Source of the DNA: Eledone cirrhosa | Lineage: Eukaryota | Direction: 5' to 3' | Assembly: GCA_964016885.1 (NCBI GenBank) | Contig: OZ024742.1 | Coordinates: 79,856,001 to 79,920,000, forward strand | Length of the DNA stretch: 64,000 nucleotides | Shown here: one piece after another, positions 38,470-53,675 of the stretch | Numbering within the stretch: the first letter of the stretch is position 1 | How the letters are laid out: every line of letters starts with the position of its first letter | Notes under the pieces: model-generated | Seen by the model: the letters and a program-made list of their open reading frames with translations, nothing else | What the model was told of the DNA's origin: nothing | The model's database searches: none | Made by a program: the position numbers and the translations under genes

Positions 38470-40700
38470 GGTCCCTCATCCCTTTTCGGGGTCGGTGGGT
38501 CATTAGAATTCTGAACGCTGAACCAACTGGTGAGTACTTGGGTTGTGGAAAAGTATTTCCTGTTCACTCAGCTATGTTGTCTGTCTACCACTTCTTCTGT
38601 CTGCCTCGCCTTCCCTTTCCCTGGAATGGAAAATTGTCTTAGTCTCCGTCCGCTATTGTTACACGACCATACCAGCTCAGCTTCCCCCAAAGTGGCTCAG
38701 GTGCTGAGTGATTCTTTTGTGTACGTCCTCGTCCCTGATGTGTTCTGTGTAGGATATTCTCAGGATTCCTCCGTAGCATCTTATCTTCACTGTTTGAATT
38801 TTTCTTGGCAGTTCAGTCGTCAGACTCTACGTCTCGCATGCATATAGAAGGTTGGACCAACGCACGCACGAATTTTAGGTTGCATCTGAGAGTAGTGTTT
38901 TGTCTCTCTGGAGAGTTTTCAGCTTAGCAAGTGCCGTGGTTGTTGGGGCACTCCTTGCTAGGACCTCTGGCTTGGATACCGCTTGACTGATGATGGTGTT
39001 AAGTGACTTGAACTGCGTCATAATATCCAGCTCTTGCCCCCTGACTGTGATCCTTCTCTCTATTGGCTTTGTAATGTTTCTCATCAGCTTGGTATTCTCT
39101 GCACTGATCATAATGTCATATCTAACAGGAACTTAGGTCCAAGCGGTTCACCAGATTGTCGAATTCTTCTTTATTTCCAGCTAGCCCGTTAATGTCATCC
39201 ATCAGGGAACTTGAGTTCTGTGATAATTCATCCTCCTATTCTGATTGTGCCAAGATTATGTTCTAGATCATCGATCATGATTTGCTCAAGGACGATTTTT
39301 GACAGTGCCGGGGAGAGATGACAGCCTTGTTGGCCGCCAACTGATGAGTGGCGCCAGTCACCCATTGTTCCTTGGACAAGTATCACACTTGAGGCTTTCA
39401 CGTAGCTAATGTTATATTTCTTCATGGGTACCCACCTGTCGAAGGCTCTCTTGAAGTCAGCGAGTATATGGTAAAGATCCTGTTGGGTTTGACTGTACTT
39501 CTCATATAGAACTCAGAGATTGAAAAATCTGCATTGTGGAATCACTGCTTGCGTCGCTGATAAGGCTGATGGATCAATAATTTTAGCACTGCTGTAGATT
39601 GCCATTTTGGGGGAGTGTGAGGATGAGTGGCCAAGTGGACGGTGTTGGCCACTCTCCAGTCTGCCAGATATTGTTGCTGATTCTGGTGAGAACGTCAATC
39701 ACTACCTCTCCTCCATGCTTTATCAAATCAGGCCACTCTCCAGTCTGCCAGATGTTGTTGCCGATTCTAGTGAGAACGTCAATCACTACCTCTCCCCGAT
39801 GCTTTATCTGGTCTGCTGGAATGTTTTCTTTACCAGCTATTTTTCCAGTTTTAGCGATTTTATTGCTACCTTCACTTCTGCATGCAGGACTAGGAAGTCA
39901 TCCTAGTTTGACGTTTACTGACTGATAAGCAGGCTGGGGTCTCTACGGGTCTGATGGCTGTACAAATCCGAGCATTATTCTGTGTATCTCTTGGTGTATT
40001 TCTTAAGATGTCGTTTCCTGACTCTATCATCCCCGTGCTGAAGTTTGCTGTCATCGTTTCAACATACTCTTCGAGTTTGGGCAAAGCTGAAAATTGTCCA
40101 CCAACAGTTCCATGGAAGGACTTGGCGGTGGTGGGGTCTTTCCACCTGTCCATGTTGAATATCAGTCTTGTATTCTTGCGCTTCTTGACCTTCAGCCTGT
40201 GTCTAATTTATTTCTTATCCTTTAGTTTTGTGTATAATTACTCCACCTGATCATCCTCGTAGACCAATGCTGGTGTGTGGGCCTGTAATGTTGAATTGTG
40301 CTGCTTGAAGGAGGATGGTGATGACCCTACTGGATACCGGGCGGCACCCGAGTACAGCGTTTTTGACGATCTTTTTGACTGCAAATCCAACGTCATGCAC
40401 ATGTTTGTCAAGTCTTGCAATGTAAAAGAGTTAATGATCTTCGTCTGTAAGGTGTTCTCCGAAATGTTTCCATTTGACCTCGGAGAATTCCAAAATGTTC
40501 CAGTTGATCTTTTTCTACGAGATTTCAGTTGCATATTTAATAGCCCGCTCTGATGCACGATGGACGGGGCGGTCCTTGTTAACGCAAGCGACGACCGAGC
40601 CGGTATTGCCATTGGTGATTCTTTTATTTTCATGTAGTATCTTGGGAAACATAGGAAAGAGCGAAACGTATGGGACCGGCTATCTACTTTTAGAGAGCAA
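38470..40700 (-). mobile_element. Decayed RTE-clade LINE (APE endonuclease + RT)
   Basis: Frame-broken motifs NNIWQTGEWP..LILTLP..GNLQQC, ISLIS, DFKRAFDR, QQGCHLSP..IVLEQIM..GTIRIGG, ISAENTKLM, LYACET. An APE-like N-terminus lies near 40240-40560. Confidence 0.88.
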
Positions 40701-41611
40701 GGAAGCATTGATCAACAGGCACCAGAAGATTACCATATGCGATATCCAGCAAAAGATTATAAAATCCGCATAAATTAGTATAATGTGTTAGTATATCGGA
40801 ACATCAAAATCCACGTTTTATTTAAATGGGAAATGGAGATAGATCCCATTCATTGTTTGCCTTTAAAATATAGTTCCAATTAGTTAAATTCATTGTGAAA
40901 TATATATACCCTATAACCGTAAATGTATTTCACGCACTAGGACAAATTCAAGCACGGTACTACATTAAAATTACATTCAACAATTTATTTACTGTTAGGA
41001 AAGGGTCAATTTTCCGAAAATATTTTATGGAAATGCTAAAGATTTTATTATTTACCATATAAATTAATCAACTATTTTTATCCGTCTCTCAAAATGATAT
41101 CCTTTGCTACTTTCCACAAATGCAATCCATCTATAATATTTTCTTTATGGTATCCATTTATCTAGAAAAATTACTAAGCTTAATTAATTATTTTCCTAGC
41201 ACGTTGTTTTTTGTTCCATTGTATTATAAAATACACCCAAAACGGAAATATGCCCTCAATTCATTTCTCGTTTCAGATTGTCACAAGGCCAAAAAAAAAA
41301 CGATAGCAAGAGAGGGACGTGTTAGAAAAAGAAATATAATTTGCACTACAAACCATAACGAACAATGTTGCCAATTATGTTTACAGTTCATATGCTAAAA
41401 CAGAATAGTTGAACAGTAGTTTCAAATTACGTGGTTGTGTATATTCATTAATGGATAATAAAAATGTTTGAATTTTGTTAAGCGTGAATGAGACCCACAC
41501 ATCTACGTTTTTCCATAGACACTATTAAAATGAAATTAATTGTTCACCACTTCCTATTTGTAAATCTGCATAGTGATCTCAATCTGTGACTCTGTGTCTA
41601 ATCACTTTCCC

Positions 41612-41726
<115 letters not shown>

Positions 41727-42702
41727 ACTCATTTTATCATATATATTTGTATATATATATATATAGTTATACATTGGACGAAACTAGGATTACTAGAAAG
41801 TAAACAATAGTAGGGAAATACAAATAGAAAATACCAGATGACATTGTTTTCTATCGTCCATTGAGACTGTCACATTAATGACAATAATAACAATGTCACG
41901 TACAGAAATTTACACATGAAAGCCATCAACCAAGCTAACGTTCCAAATACGAACAAATTTCTAAGGACGATATGAATTTATGCATCAGATCAAAAGAGGT
42001 GGAAGCATATCGCTTTAACAACATCTATACAAAAGTATAGCTTTTACAACATCTCAAAGCAGATTTTAACGTGAAATATTAGACATATATTATGTGTATG
42101 ATAGTAATTTTCAGTATTGCTTGAAGTCGTGAAAATAATTAATAGGTATAAATCATGTTCATACGAGAATCAAACCACTTCCTTTAATTTCCAAGCAGAC
42201 TTATTTCTTCAATGTTTCTTTAGTAGGATTCGAATTTCCTGTATTCCTTCCTTATCTATAAAGAGTCTTTTGTTCTTCGCGTTAATTTCTTCTCTCTTCA
42301 TATTCAGTTTTCAGTAAAATTCAAAACTACACCGTGCATGTACGTATATATGATTATTTATACAATTATAAGCATATTTATTACACACACAAACACAAGC
42401 ACACACACATAAACACACACGCACACACACATATACACGCCCCCCCCCATTCACACGCAAATATATGTATATTCAAAGACAGAGAGATAAGAAAGAACGA
42501 AAATAGATAATGTAATCAAACGACGAGGCAAATGCCCCTTTAAATATATATGTATATATATATATATATGTCCATACACATATAATGCATATGCGTATGT
42601 ACATAAATCTATATTATACGCGTGCGTAGTGCTCTCTCTCTCTTTCTCTCTCTCACTCTCTCTCCCTCCCATTCTTTCTATCTTTCTCGCTCTCTCTCTA
42701 CA

Positions 42703-42771
<69 letters not shown>

Positions 42772-43609
42772 GTATATATACATGCACGCATGCGTTCTCC
42801 CTATGTATGGTGATACTTTTTCTTACTCCAATGCTTAACAATTTTCCTCATCTTAATTTCATATTTTCACAATCTCCCTCTAACTTATTTTGCACATTTT
42901 TCATTTAATTCATTCATCCTATCTTTCCAGGACTGTTCTTTCTATGTTTTGTGTCACACACGCTACACACAACGTATACATATACACGCCCAACTCTAAC
43001 TTTTATCACCTTTCATCTCTTTCATCTATCGTTCGGTCTTTGACGTCTCTCCGCTTCCCAGTTATAATATAGCCCTTTGTAACAAAAGCAAAGCCTTTTC
43101 GTATTTTTCCTTGTTATGCTAAAATATACAATTACCCTATTGATCTGTTTCTCCAGTCGAGCATTAGAAAGCCTTTAACATCAGGAGAGATTAAAGATTT
43201 CAGCTGTCGGATTTATAGCAAGCCTTTTGGCAAAGTCTGGTCACAAGGAATTAATAGCATATAGCTTCTTGTGTATGGAAATATTCTTGGAACCGATCAC
43301 GGCATCAATATCCTTGTTTGTTCATTATTCGTATAACATTCTTTACGTTTCCCCAGAATCTTTATCCTCCTATCCATAACTTATCTTATCAAATCAAATA
43401 TTTTATCCAGTTTGTTTAGACTACAGGTATGTGAAACTGTGTGTAGGTTTGGGGCTAGGTATGTCTGTATGTGAGTTTATAAGTATGTTCGTCTTTATGT
43501 GTATGTGTGCATGCATTTGTATGTTTTATTTATGGAAGGAGTGGCTGAATAACATTAGATACGTGACTAATAATTTTCCTATACCATTTCATAGAATGCA
43601 GATATAAGC

Positions 43610-43655
<46 letters not shown>

Positions 43656-44126
43656 CAGCAGCAGCAGCAGGAGCAACAGTGAAATCTCTTTAGCACGGTC
43701 TCCATCTCAACATTTTTTTCACACAAAACAACAGTTGAGTGTGTCCCTGCCTAATCGAAATCTCATTCTTCTTCCTCTCTCTCTCTTCTCTGTCTCTATG
43801 GCTCCCCTCTCCCCCCTCTCTCTCTCTAAATACATATGTACATATTTATATATATTTAGGTCTCTATATATATGTGTGTGTGTGTGTATCTATATAGCTT
43901 TCATTTAATTTGATACAAAAAAACTACTTCGAGCTCTTTAGTGGTAGGGTGTGTAGTTTATTATTCCTTTATATATATTTTGCTTGATTCAGAAATCACC
44001 ATAAAAGTCAAGCTATAGCGCTGGATTTAGAGCTGAATGTGCTGTGCTTTGTTTAGTTCTTTTCAGAATCTAGCGGTCCAATTTTGTTTGAGATTTTCTG
44101 AATGTTAAATATTTCCATTATTACAT

Positions 44127-44313
44127 GGGTTGGCAGTATCGGTAGAGGGTTGGACACCATGCTTTGACGCATAGAGTTACGGCCCTTGCCTTACTAAGTT
44201 CAAATCCCGCCGAGGTTAACTTTGCCTTTCATCCTTATGGGGTCGATAACATAAAGTACCAGTAATGAACTGGTTAATTGCTGGCCTTGTGCCAAAAGTA
44301 GAAACAATTATTA
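44127..44313 (+). mobile_element. tRNA-derived SINE
   Basis: Same family as 31065. TSD ATTATTACAT at 44117-44126 and 44307-44316. Confidence 0.88.
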
Positions 44314-45169
44314 CATCTTTTGTTACTCTACAGTCGTATTAATATGTTTTAGGCGGCTGGGGCGAAAAGCAAGGAACAATTGATTTTATATACATTTTTG
44401 CTTGTAGGTGGAAGTTATAAAATACTGTCTTCTTAAATATGAAATTTTTCCTCATGTTAATGTTTTTATAAGTGTGCATTGATATATTGACGAGGTATAT
44501 GTTGTTAGTTTCCAGGGATCATGCATAATAAATGCTAGACGTAATGTATGGGATGGGGAGTGGGGAAGAATTTGGACATGTGAGAACAGGTAAAATATAT
44601 TCATCTCAATTTGTTAGTTTTACAGTCAATTAGTAAATGGCATTAATTGAGTGATCCCATAACTTTGATCTATGCACATGAATAATATTTTGACTCAACA
44701 AAAAGCCCATTCAAGGAAGCATTGAGTTCGAATGTATAATCTCTTTTATCTTACGTATGAAAAATATCTCTCATACACTAAACAAGTTGAAGATAAGAGT
44801 GATTATGTGCACCTTAGTACAAATACCTTGGCACGAGTAGTTCATACATATAAAGACACATAAATATAAAATGCATACGCACATGCACCCACTCACACAC
44901 AGAGAAACACAGTTTACTCAATTTCCATCGCTTTGCCGATATAGTTCAAAACTAAGAGTTTTCGCACCCTCCAATATTTTTAGAATATATAAATATTAAA
45001 GCTAATTGTATGTTTCGCATATGGTTTGCTTCCAGTATTTGCACCACTATGTAGATATTATTCATTTCATTCCATTATGCTTTGATCAAAGCAAGTGTAA
45101 ATGAATATAAACATATTTTTAGTTGAGTACTAATTTTAAAACATCTACTTCAACTTGCTCTTGTTCGAT

Positions 45170-45263
45170 GGGGCTGTGTTCAGTATAGGTCAGCACTACC
45201 AGATGGGTCGTCGTGTGTAGGGCCGACAAGGTCCACTAGCGCTCTCCATCACTGGCGGTCCAT
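45170..45263 (-). mobile_element. Short LINE (RTE-like) 3'-end fragment
   Basis: Minus translation MDRQ*WRALV resembles the RTE C-terminal DR..WR motif. GC-rich island. Confidence 0.4.
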
Positions 45264-46078
45264 ATAAACAAATGTTAACTTCATGAATTATTATTTTCTA
45301 AACATTTCACTTCTTATTCTGAGCCAGTTTACTTAACAATATGTAACATCCTGCATCTACTGCTTTAACGTTATTATCGTATTACTTCCCACCCTAAAAC
45401 TGATACACATTTTAATTCAACATTTTATCGCAATATCTTCCCAAACTCTATAAAATTTTCTTTTGCTATAGAGTGTATCTGATGTCCATTTTTGTAAACA
45501 ATTTCAAGTCAAGCGTATACAAAAGGGTAATTTATTTTATGCCTCGTACATTTAATTATTTACACACGACTTAACGTTATTACTAGCAATATAAAAATGT
45601 ATTATGCCTATCACAAAAGGAAAAAAAAAAGTGGAACAATGGATTAGTTATCACTCTGAAAGTTTCTCTACCATTGATTTTAATACGTCGTACTTTTTGA
45701 GCAGGAAAGGTTAATTTTCCTTATCTATATGCTCATATTCTTTACAATCTGTACCCTTATATTTTCTGTTATCATAACTAACTCTAAGCATTTTAGAAGC
45801 CAGAAATGAAGTATCATGTAATAGAAATTTTTTATGATCGACGCATGTTATTCCGTTATTTGTATGTCTCTTCCTCCCACCTCAGAATATAGCGTTTTTA
45901 TCAGATTATTAGATATTAGTGCTTCTAGATTTCCTTCGGCATCCTTCCTGTTCCATATGTAATAACTTAAGGCGGCACACACAGACATACACACACATAT
46001 ATACACATATATATACATATAAACGTATATATAACCCCCCCCACACACACACACACATACACACATATATATATATTG

Positions 46079-46136
<58 letters not shown>

Positions 46137-46716
46137 TTTTAATGAAGTTAGTAATTGAGATTAGGAAGATAATTATTCAACTTAGCATAACATATTATAG
46201 TGGAAAGGAGAGTGCAGGTTGTGGCTTAGAATACATATAGCCTACGGTAAAAAATAAACCGTATGGATTGCTGAATCAAAACAGTAGGCTATATCTCTCT
46301 TATAATAATATTGTACAAAAGTGGCAGAGTTAGGGTGAAAGAGAGAGAAATAGAGAGAAAAGGGAGAGTTATAAAGAGAGAGGGTATTCGAATGAAATCT
46401 CTTCTTTCTGAATGTGTTTTTATACTGGTTTGGTTTAACGGAATGAGCTCTAATTAATTCTGTCGCAATTCTTCACAAACAAGCTTAATATTCCTTTTGC
46501 ACAATCTGCTTAAAACAACGTTAACCCGCTTGATGTTACCTTTGAACAATTTCATTTTGAGGTCTGCAGAAATAAATAAGACAAACATTAACTTACAAAA
46601 TAGCAATACAACATCTACACTATTAACAAATATAACCCATATTTTTTTTCTAAGAAATATTGATATATGAACTCATAAATACATGTATATAAAAACATTG
46701 CGAAGGGAATAATAAT

Positions 46717-46901
46717 TGTTTCTACTTTTGTCACAAGGCCAGCAATTACCCAATACATTACTGGTACTTTATTTTAACGACCCTGTAATGATGAAAGGCA
46801 AAGTAAACCTCGACGGGATTTGAACTCAGACTGTAAAGGGACGTAACTATGCTGGAAAGCATGGCGTCCGACCCTCTACCGATACTGCCAATCCACCACC
46901 C
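46717..46901 (-). mobile_element. tRNA-derived SINE with 18-bp TSD
   Basis: Reverse complement of the 31065 family. TSD TGCGAAGGGAATAATAAT at 46699-46716 and 46902-46919. Confidence 0.9.
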
Positions 46902-48399
46902 TGCGAAGGGAATAATAATGCAGACACAGACACACATACACACATTCAGGGTAAAAAACAGTAAAGATTTAGAATTGTCTCGTTTATTTCATCTAAAATA
47001 TCTCTATATGACTTAATTGAAATAAAAAACAGGCATTTACTGAATGCTAGTAGGTATCTAAACCCGTCTATATGTTACACTTTGTACGTGCGGGAAATAA
47101 ATATAGCAAAGTGTCTTGGCAAAACGAGGTATCACTGAGACTTGCAAACGTGCAGTTGCATCCAATCCAACGCAAGCGCACTAGCGATAGGTCCCGCGCA
47201 TTTCTTTACGTTTGTTTCTGTCTAGAAAATGTCTAGAAAATGTATTTTCTATTCGTTTGTAAAGCATACAAAACCAGGGGTATTTGAAAGGAAGAGATAA
47301 TAAGAAATATTAAAAAGATATATAAATATTGAATTAACTCGAGGATGATATAAATGTGTATGTGAAGCGAATGTTTAAATTTCCCTTGATACAAATCTCC
47401 ATAACCCCTTCGGCTGTTGTACGCTTTTATAGCAAATTGTTGAAGAAGAAATAGGTTTATGACAACAGATGAATTGAATAACGCCATGTACTTACTATTG
47501 TATATCTGATGTATTTGTTTGTGTATTTATATTAGGCTTTGTTCGTATAATGAAAATAAAGAAAGATACTTAAATGTGTTTTGTAATATCATATACATAC
47601 TTTACTGATTTTTATGTTTCACTTTATTAAGAATGTTTTAAAGGCAAAAGTGTAGAGTTGACCATTCTTTCTTAAGCCATTTCTGGTTGATCTTAAACGC
47701 GCCTCAGTTTCTATCCAATGTGAGTTTCAGGTTGAACCAGACCACAAACAATATAATTCGCTCACAGATTCAGCGTCTTCCGACACTGCCCACAGTGTTG
47801 ACATCCTATTCCATGCCATGCGCTATATCTTCGAATTTTTCAGGTTTGACATTACAAGCGTTGCCACCATTGTGGTAAAACTGCCGCAGCTACCTCCATC
47901 TTCAGAGATGTTTATCACAATTGAAGTGACGTCCTCTGCATTTGTCATCAGGTTATCTTCACCTCAAACTTCGAGTGAAATACATTTCTACATTCCCTGT
48001 ATACGAAGCAGCAACTGTAAGGTTTGTACATAGCGTAGGGATAAGGGAGGGCGCTCCTGACCGAACAAGCCTGTGATACAATACTCTTCCACAAGTTGGT
48101 CAATTAGGATTCATTAAAGTGAGCTAGTGTCTGAAAGCCGGATCTAAACCAGCGGGTTTCTTAATGACAGATAGGAAGTTGTGTTGTTCGAGACTATCGA
48201 ATTATTGTGATTGATTCATATATAATATAACCCAACGAGGCTACGTAATAAATAAAAATAACGAGGTGATATTTATATTTGTGTTTACTAATTTCTACAT
48301 CATAATATCTACTCCAGAATATTCGTGACTGAGTTTCCACTTCTTAGAGTTTTGATTACATACACGGATATATCTTACAACCTTATTTATATTTTGCTG

Positions 48400-49905
48400 A
48401 AAAGATCATGATAGTGTTTCTACGCGAATTTCGGCCAACAGTTTCTATCCTGCTAGATATAGTCGGAGTTTCATCACCAAAGTTCCTTGGCTATGGATGG
48501 AGGATGGAGGATGGAGGATGGAGGATGGAAACTCCACTTTTAAGGAGTGGAGCCGGAAATGATTGCACAGGAGGGAGTGGAGATACTTACAAAAGCCCGA
48601 CTGTCGGAATATGTTATAGGGTAGATACCATTAGGAGAGATGATTTATCTCTTGAAACTTAGACTGTGAACGATATGTCTCTGTGGATGATGAAAGTTTA
48701 TGCATAAAACATGGAGTCCGAATACAAATCCTTCCTTGATGAAATCACTGCAGCATTAGATGTAGTTAAGACATATATCCTGATGGAAGACTTCAATGCA
48801 CATAGTGGCATTGACCACCTGACATGGAAAGGGGTGATTGGAAGGACTGGAGATCCCGATCTGAATACAAATGGAGTGGGCATAAACTTTTCTGATAGCA
48901 ATAGTCTCTCAATTATGAACACCTTCCTGCAGAGTAAAATCCTTGAATATATATGGTATAAGTGGAATCAGGGACAGAGATCAATAATTGATTTTGTTAT
49001 TGTCTCTAATCACTTCGATTATGTGCTGGATGTTCGTGTTAAGAGAGGAACTGAGCTGTCAACTGATCACCATGAAGGTGTCTGCAACTTGAGACTACCT
49101 ATAGCCAAAGAAGTACACAGAACTTATAGGTCTAGGTAGACCTACAGCATAAAGCGGGAAGCATTGGTGGATACAGAAGCCAAGACTCGGTATGTCGATA
49201 CCTTTGTATCCATGAGTAAACCGAAGACGTTGAAACAGAGAAGAGACTTTTCCGCTCAGCAGTTTTTGTTTCAGCTCTTAAATACTGCAGGGGAAAGAGG
49301 CTTATGTGGCGCCAGATGCAAGAGGACCCATTGGCTCCATTAAGACGTCAAAGATGCCACACGAGATAAGAAGGAGGCTTACAAACTTGGCTTGCATTTG
49401 CGAGGTATAAGCAGGCACGAAGAATCACAGCAGATAGAGTAAAGGCGTCCAACAATTAGAAATGTGATACATTTGTGGATAAGCTGGTATCCCACATCAA
49501 ATATGAAAACCAAGTGATCTGGTTGACCTTCAGAGAGTTGCATCCGCTCAAGGCGAAAATAATACTTTGCTGATCTTCTAAAACCGATTTGAACGGCAGC
49601 ATCTGATGTACACGAGATGCATCTGGGAATGATGACATCCAAGAGTAGACCCCGAGCAAGATGGTTGGATAACATCCATGAGTTCGGTTGGTCTCGCTTT
49701 GTTATCTAGCCGGATCATTTGGAAACGGTTGTTGCTGATAAGACCTGATTGAAAGAGTGTTTGAGGACGGACAACGACCCTCTCAGGGACAATTGGCAGA
49801 AGAAGAAGAAGAAGAAGAAGAAGAAGAAGAAGAAGAAGAAGAAGAAGAAGAAGAAGAAGAAGAAGAAGAAGAAGAAGAAGAAGAAGAAGAAGAAGAAGAA
49901 GAAGA
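48400..49905 (+). mobile_element. Internally deleted RTE-clade LINE (APE domain + 3' end + (GAA)n tail)
   Basis: LDIVGVSS, ILMEDFNAH, WKGVIGRTGDPDLN.NG, SIMNTF, RSIIDFVIVS, VLDVRVKRGTELSTDHH. C-terminal RPRARWLDNI. (GAA)n at 49798-49905. Confidence 0.88.
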
Positions 49906-51152
49906 CTTTCTATCTCAAAGAGACCCGGCAAAGCTTGTATCATGAACAAAGTTGTGTTCATTAATCTTTGTTTTCTATCCGAATAATCACTTGTAACATA
50001 GTAGAAGATAGCGATAGAGATGTATTTCATTTTGACAAGACAAGAGAACGACGTTAATTCGTTTAGATTTTAGAAGACTACTTCACAGTCCCAACAATTA
50101 TCCATTACTATTGAAGGTTTTTTCATTCGATAAATATGGAAATTATCAATAGTGTGATTGGAGAAATATTCAAAAATAATTTATTCCTGAAGTCAAGAAA
50201 ACTGTCTGAGATCAATCTATCATTCAGACTTACGTAATTACATCTTTCACATTGATATTTGATAAACCTCGATGTCACACATTGTCTGTACTTAAAATAT
50301 TTTTAACCCTCAACAATTTTAATGTTTAGGATATGAGACCCTCATCTGAAGGAAAAGGCAGGAGTACCTGCGGAATTCATAGTAAGAAGAGAATTGGAAA
50401 GAAATATTGTTCAGAAAGTGACGTGAGGAAGTAACGTCAGAAAGTTCACATGGAAAATAAAGTGTAAGACGTACTGAATGCCTGTGCCTGAGAGGAGTGT
50501 CAAGATAGTTTGTTAATGCATGTATGTCTATATTAACCTGCAAGTGTGTGCTAGATATGTATATGAATGTGTTTTGTGTGATGTGCGCTAAAGTATTGTA
50601 TGTATGGTTATTTACTCGGATGTGTGCTAGTGAGCCCGTGTAGGTGCGTGCAGAAGTGTTGGACTTCTGTGTGAGAGTAGATCAAGGAGCTCATATTTGT
50701 TTGTGAACCCATGTATGATCGTGTAATGTGTGGATGACTCATGTGTATGTCAGCATTGTACTGGTGTACTCGTGTCATGTATGTTTGTTGATTTCTTTCG
50801 CAATGGATGAGTATTTATTGTGCGTAAATCATACGTTTTTCAGAGGAAGTTAGGTACGTTTGTGCGTCTACCTTCTTTTTTTGTGAATGTCGGTTGTTTA
50901 TTGTGAATATGTGTGCAAAGAGGCATAGATGGTTGTATGTATGCGGTGAATATATGTATCTCTGCTCCTCTGTGTCTGACTGGTGCGTATGTGTATTAAA
51001 AAATGTTATTTACCCTTTGGGTTGTCTATGCTTTAAGTGGGTGTCAATGTACAGTTTGTCAGAAACGGTTGTGTGTGTGCTAGATATTGTTTCAGTTTAT
51101 GTTTCTTTATGTTTTTTTTATAGCTGTATGCTTATAAGTATTTATGTACGAA

Positions 51153-51280
51153 TGTATATGTATGTATGACTGTATGTATGTATGTATGTATGTATGTATG
51201 TATGTATGTATGTATGTATGTATGTATGTATGTGTGTATGTATGTATGTGTGTATGTATGTATGTATGTATGTATGTATG
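51153..51280. repeat. (TATG)n microsatellite
   Basis: Direct reading. Confidence 0.9.
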
Positions 51281-53634
51281 CACGTACATACGTTCTATGA
51301 TAAAATATATAGTTTTAAGTCAGATACAATAGAAAGCCTCTCCGTATGTTTGCGGTATTAGATGCGAACAATATCAGCTTGCAACGACTAACATCACCTA
51401 TTTTGGTATGTTACTTATTTACCTTATTTTATCTTAAACATCCATCATTCGAAGGTTACGTAATAAAAATCACACTGGGTTTAATTAATAAGACCTCACT
51501 TCAATTTTGTTGGAACGTTGCAAATATTTGTTACGTTTATTATATAACATTTTCTAAAGAAGGACAGCCACTATAAGATTCTAGTCACTGTAAGACTGTT
51601 GCAAAGAAAATAAGATGTTAAATTTATGAGGTAGCAGAAGCCGATATCTTTACAATACTTATGATAATCAATGTTCTCAAATAAATGCTGGTGTTGTAAA
51701 AATACACAAAAAGTGAAACAGACCACCGTGCGAGCTTTAACATAAGTGAATGATGCTCAATTTTCCTTGCAGTGAGAATGAACCGGAAACATACGTTTAT
51801 ATCAGTGCTATTGTTCCTGTCGATGTATAAATCGATGAGGGCCCTAATCATCTAGTCCTGTGACTAACACTAACATTTTCAGTTAAGACCATCGTCATAT
51901 ACTACATTGACGTCATATACTACATATTTTGTCAGATGTAGTATATTATCCGAATTGCCCGTTCTATTTTAAGATAGATGGTGAGGGAGAGCTTCTTGTT
52001 CAGGTAGATTCAACCACCACAAAATGTGTCTCCGACTACAAGTATATATTCCGTGAAGCTAACGAGGGAGCTTGTATATAAGGAAAAGCTGTGCCCATTT
52101 TCTCATTAAACCTTACGATGTTTAAATGTGGAACGAATCATAAGTCTGCGGAAGATAAATAAAAACAACTACACAGTAGCATCTTTATAAGAAAATGCAT
52201 GCAAAATCTTGTTTGTAAGCTCATATACGTGTCCTCATGTAAATTCAAAAATGATATGTTCAATAAAATAAATTAATACTCTGCTGTGTAGCCCACACAA
52301 TTTATTCAACTTTCACAGTGGATATGCAGCTTTCACTTAACTTGCCAGTCACCCAGCCGTTTCACGTGGACATCAGTAACAACATTCTATATTATTCTGA
52401 TGTGAGAGTTTCCTTGCCGTACTCGACATCTGCGTCATCTCTCGTCCACTTTAAAATTAAGCAGTTAATGAAAAGAAAATATATTAGGCTAAGAAGATAA
52501 CACTAACATCTTTGTAAAGTAAAAACTGAATTGAAGTATGAAAAGAGGGGTGCTTCAAGTCTTTGTGAAGCACAGTGCCATTTCTGAGCAGATTTTGTTT
52601 TATTAGAAATCCCAGCAAGGGGTTTGCATACATCTACTTCTACCTTAGCATGATTGTCCGAATATTTAGTGTTTTATTGGAAGACTTTCACGGCCTAAGC
52701 AATCTAAATCAATTATATGAGAAAAATCCGAAAGAATGGCTTCAGCACGAATAACATAAAACTTAGTTTGGCTTAATATTCTTAATATAGCGACCAAAAA
52801 GAATATCATTCAATTAAACCTAGAGTCGTAATAAAAGGGGAAAAATGATATTTCTTTTCTTTATATTCGTAAATGTAAATGTCGTCTTTACCAAAATATT
52901 TGCTTTGTGCATGATATGGCAATCCATATTTAACAGAAATTTTCTCGATCAATAGATATGCTTGTAGAAAAGAAAATGATGAGAAATGAAGGCGAATTCT
53001 CTATATGTTACTAAGTACCAGGAAAGAGGATAAGGTACGATGCATGATAATTTAGGTGATAGGAGAAAAATACAGTATCTTTCTGAACAATGTGAATCAA
53101 GCTAAGAGGATAGATGTGTATTTATCCAGATGTAATGTTTAAAAACATGAGTAGGTTACAAGAACGCTTTCTATAAACAATCAATGTTACTTCAGATGTG
53201 TATTATTACCTAGGCAACATTTTGATATTTCGCCAGAGTGAAAATGAGAAAGGTAATATACCTTATAAAAGCAGGCATTTCTCCGAAAGGTCCTCCTTGG
53301 CAAACTAACGAATAATTATCTTTATACATTTTGTTTTTATTCAGTAGCCACCTGTTCCCCATTGTAAAAGTAGAATTATTTAGCATAACAATATATAGTT
53401 CCATATTTTCATCTACATAATAATGTGATTGTTAAACTCAGAAATTACCGAACTCACTGGTAATTTTCTATTAACAAAATCTACAAAGAAATATGTAAGA
53501 AATACTTATATCATTATATACACATAAAACACACATAAGTACTCGAATATACGCACGAGTGTGAGCGTGCGTGTGGGGGTGTATGTGTCTGTTCTCTCTT
53601 TCTTCGTCTCTGTCTCTCTTAAACTCCCTCTCTC

Positions 53635-53675
<41 letters not shown>

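Noticed and set aside
51778-51855. Signal-peptide-like micro-ORF MNRKHTFISVLLFLSMYKSMRALII after a TTTTCCTTGCAG acceptor
   Set aside because: Only 25 codons, followed by stops, with no evident donor or partner exons.
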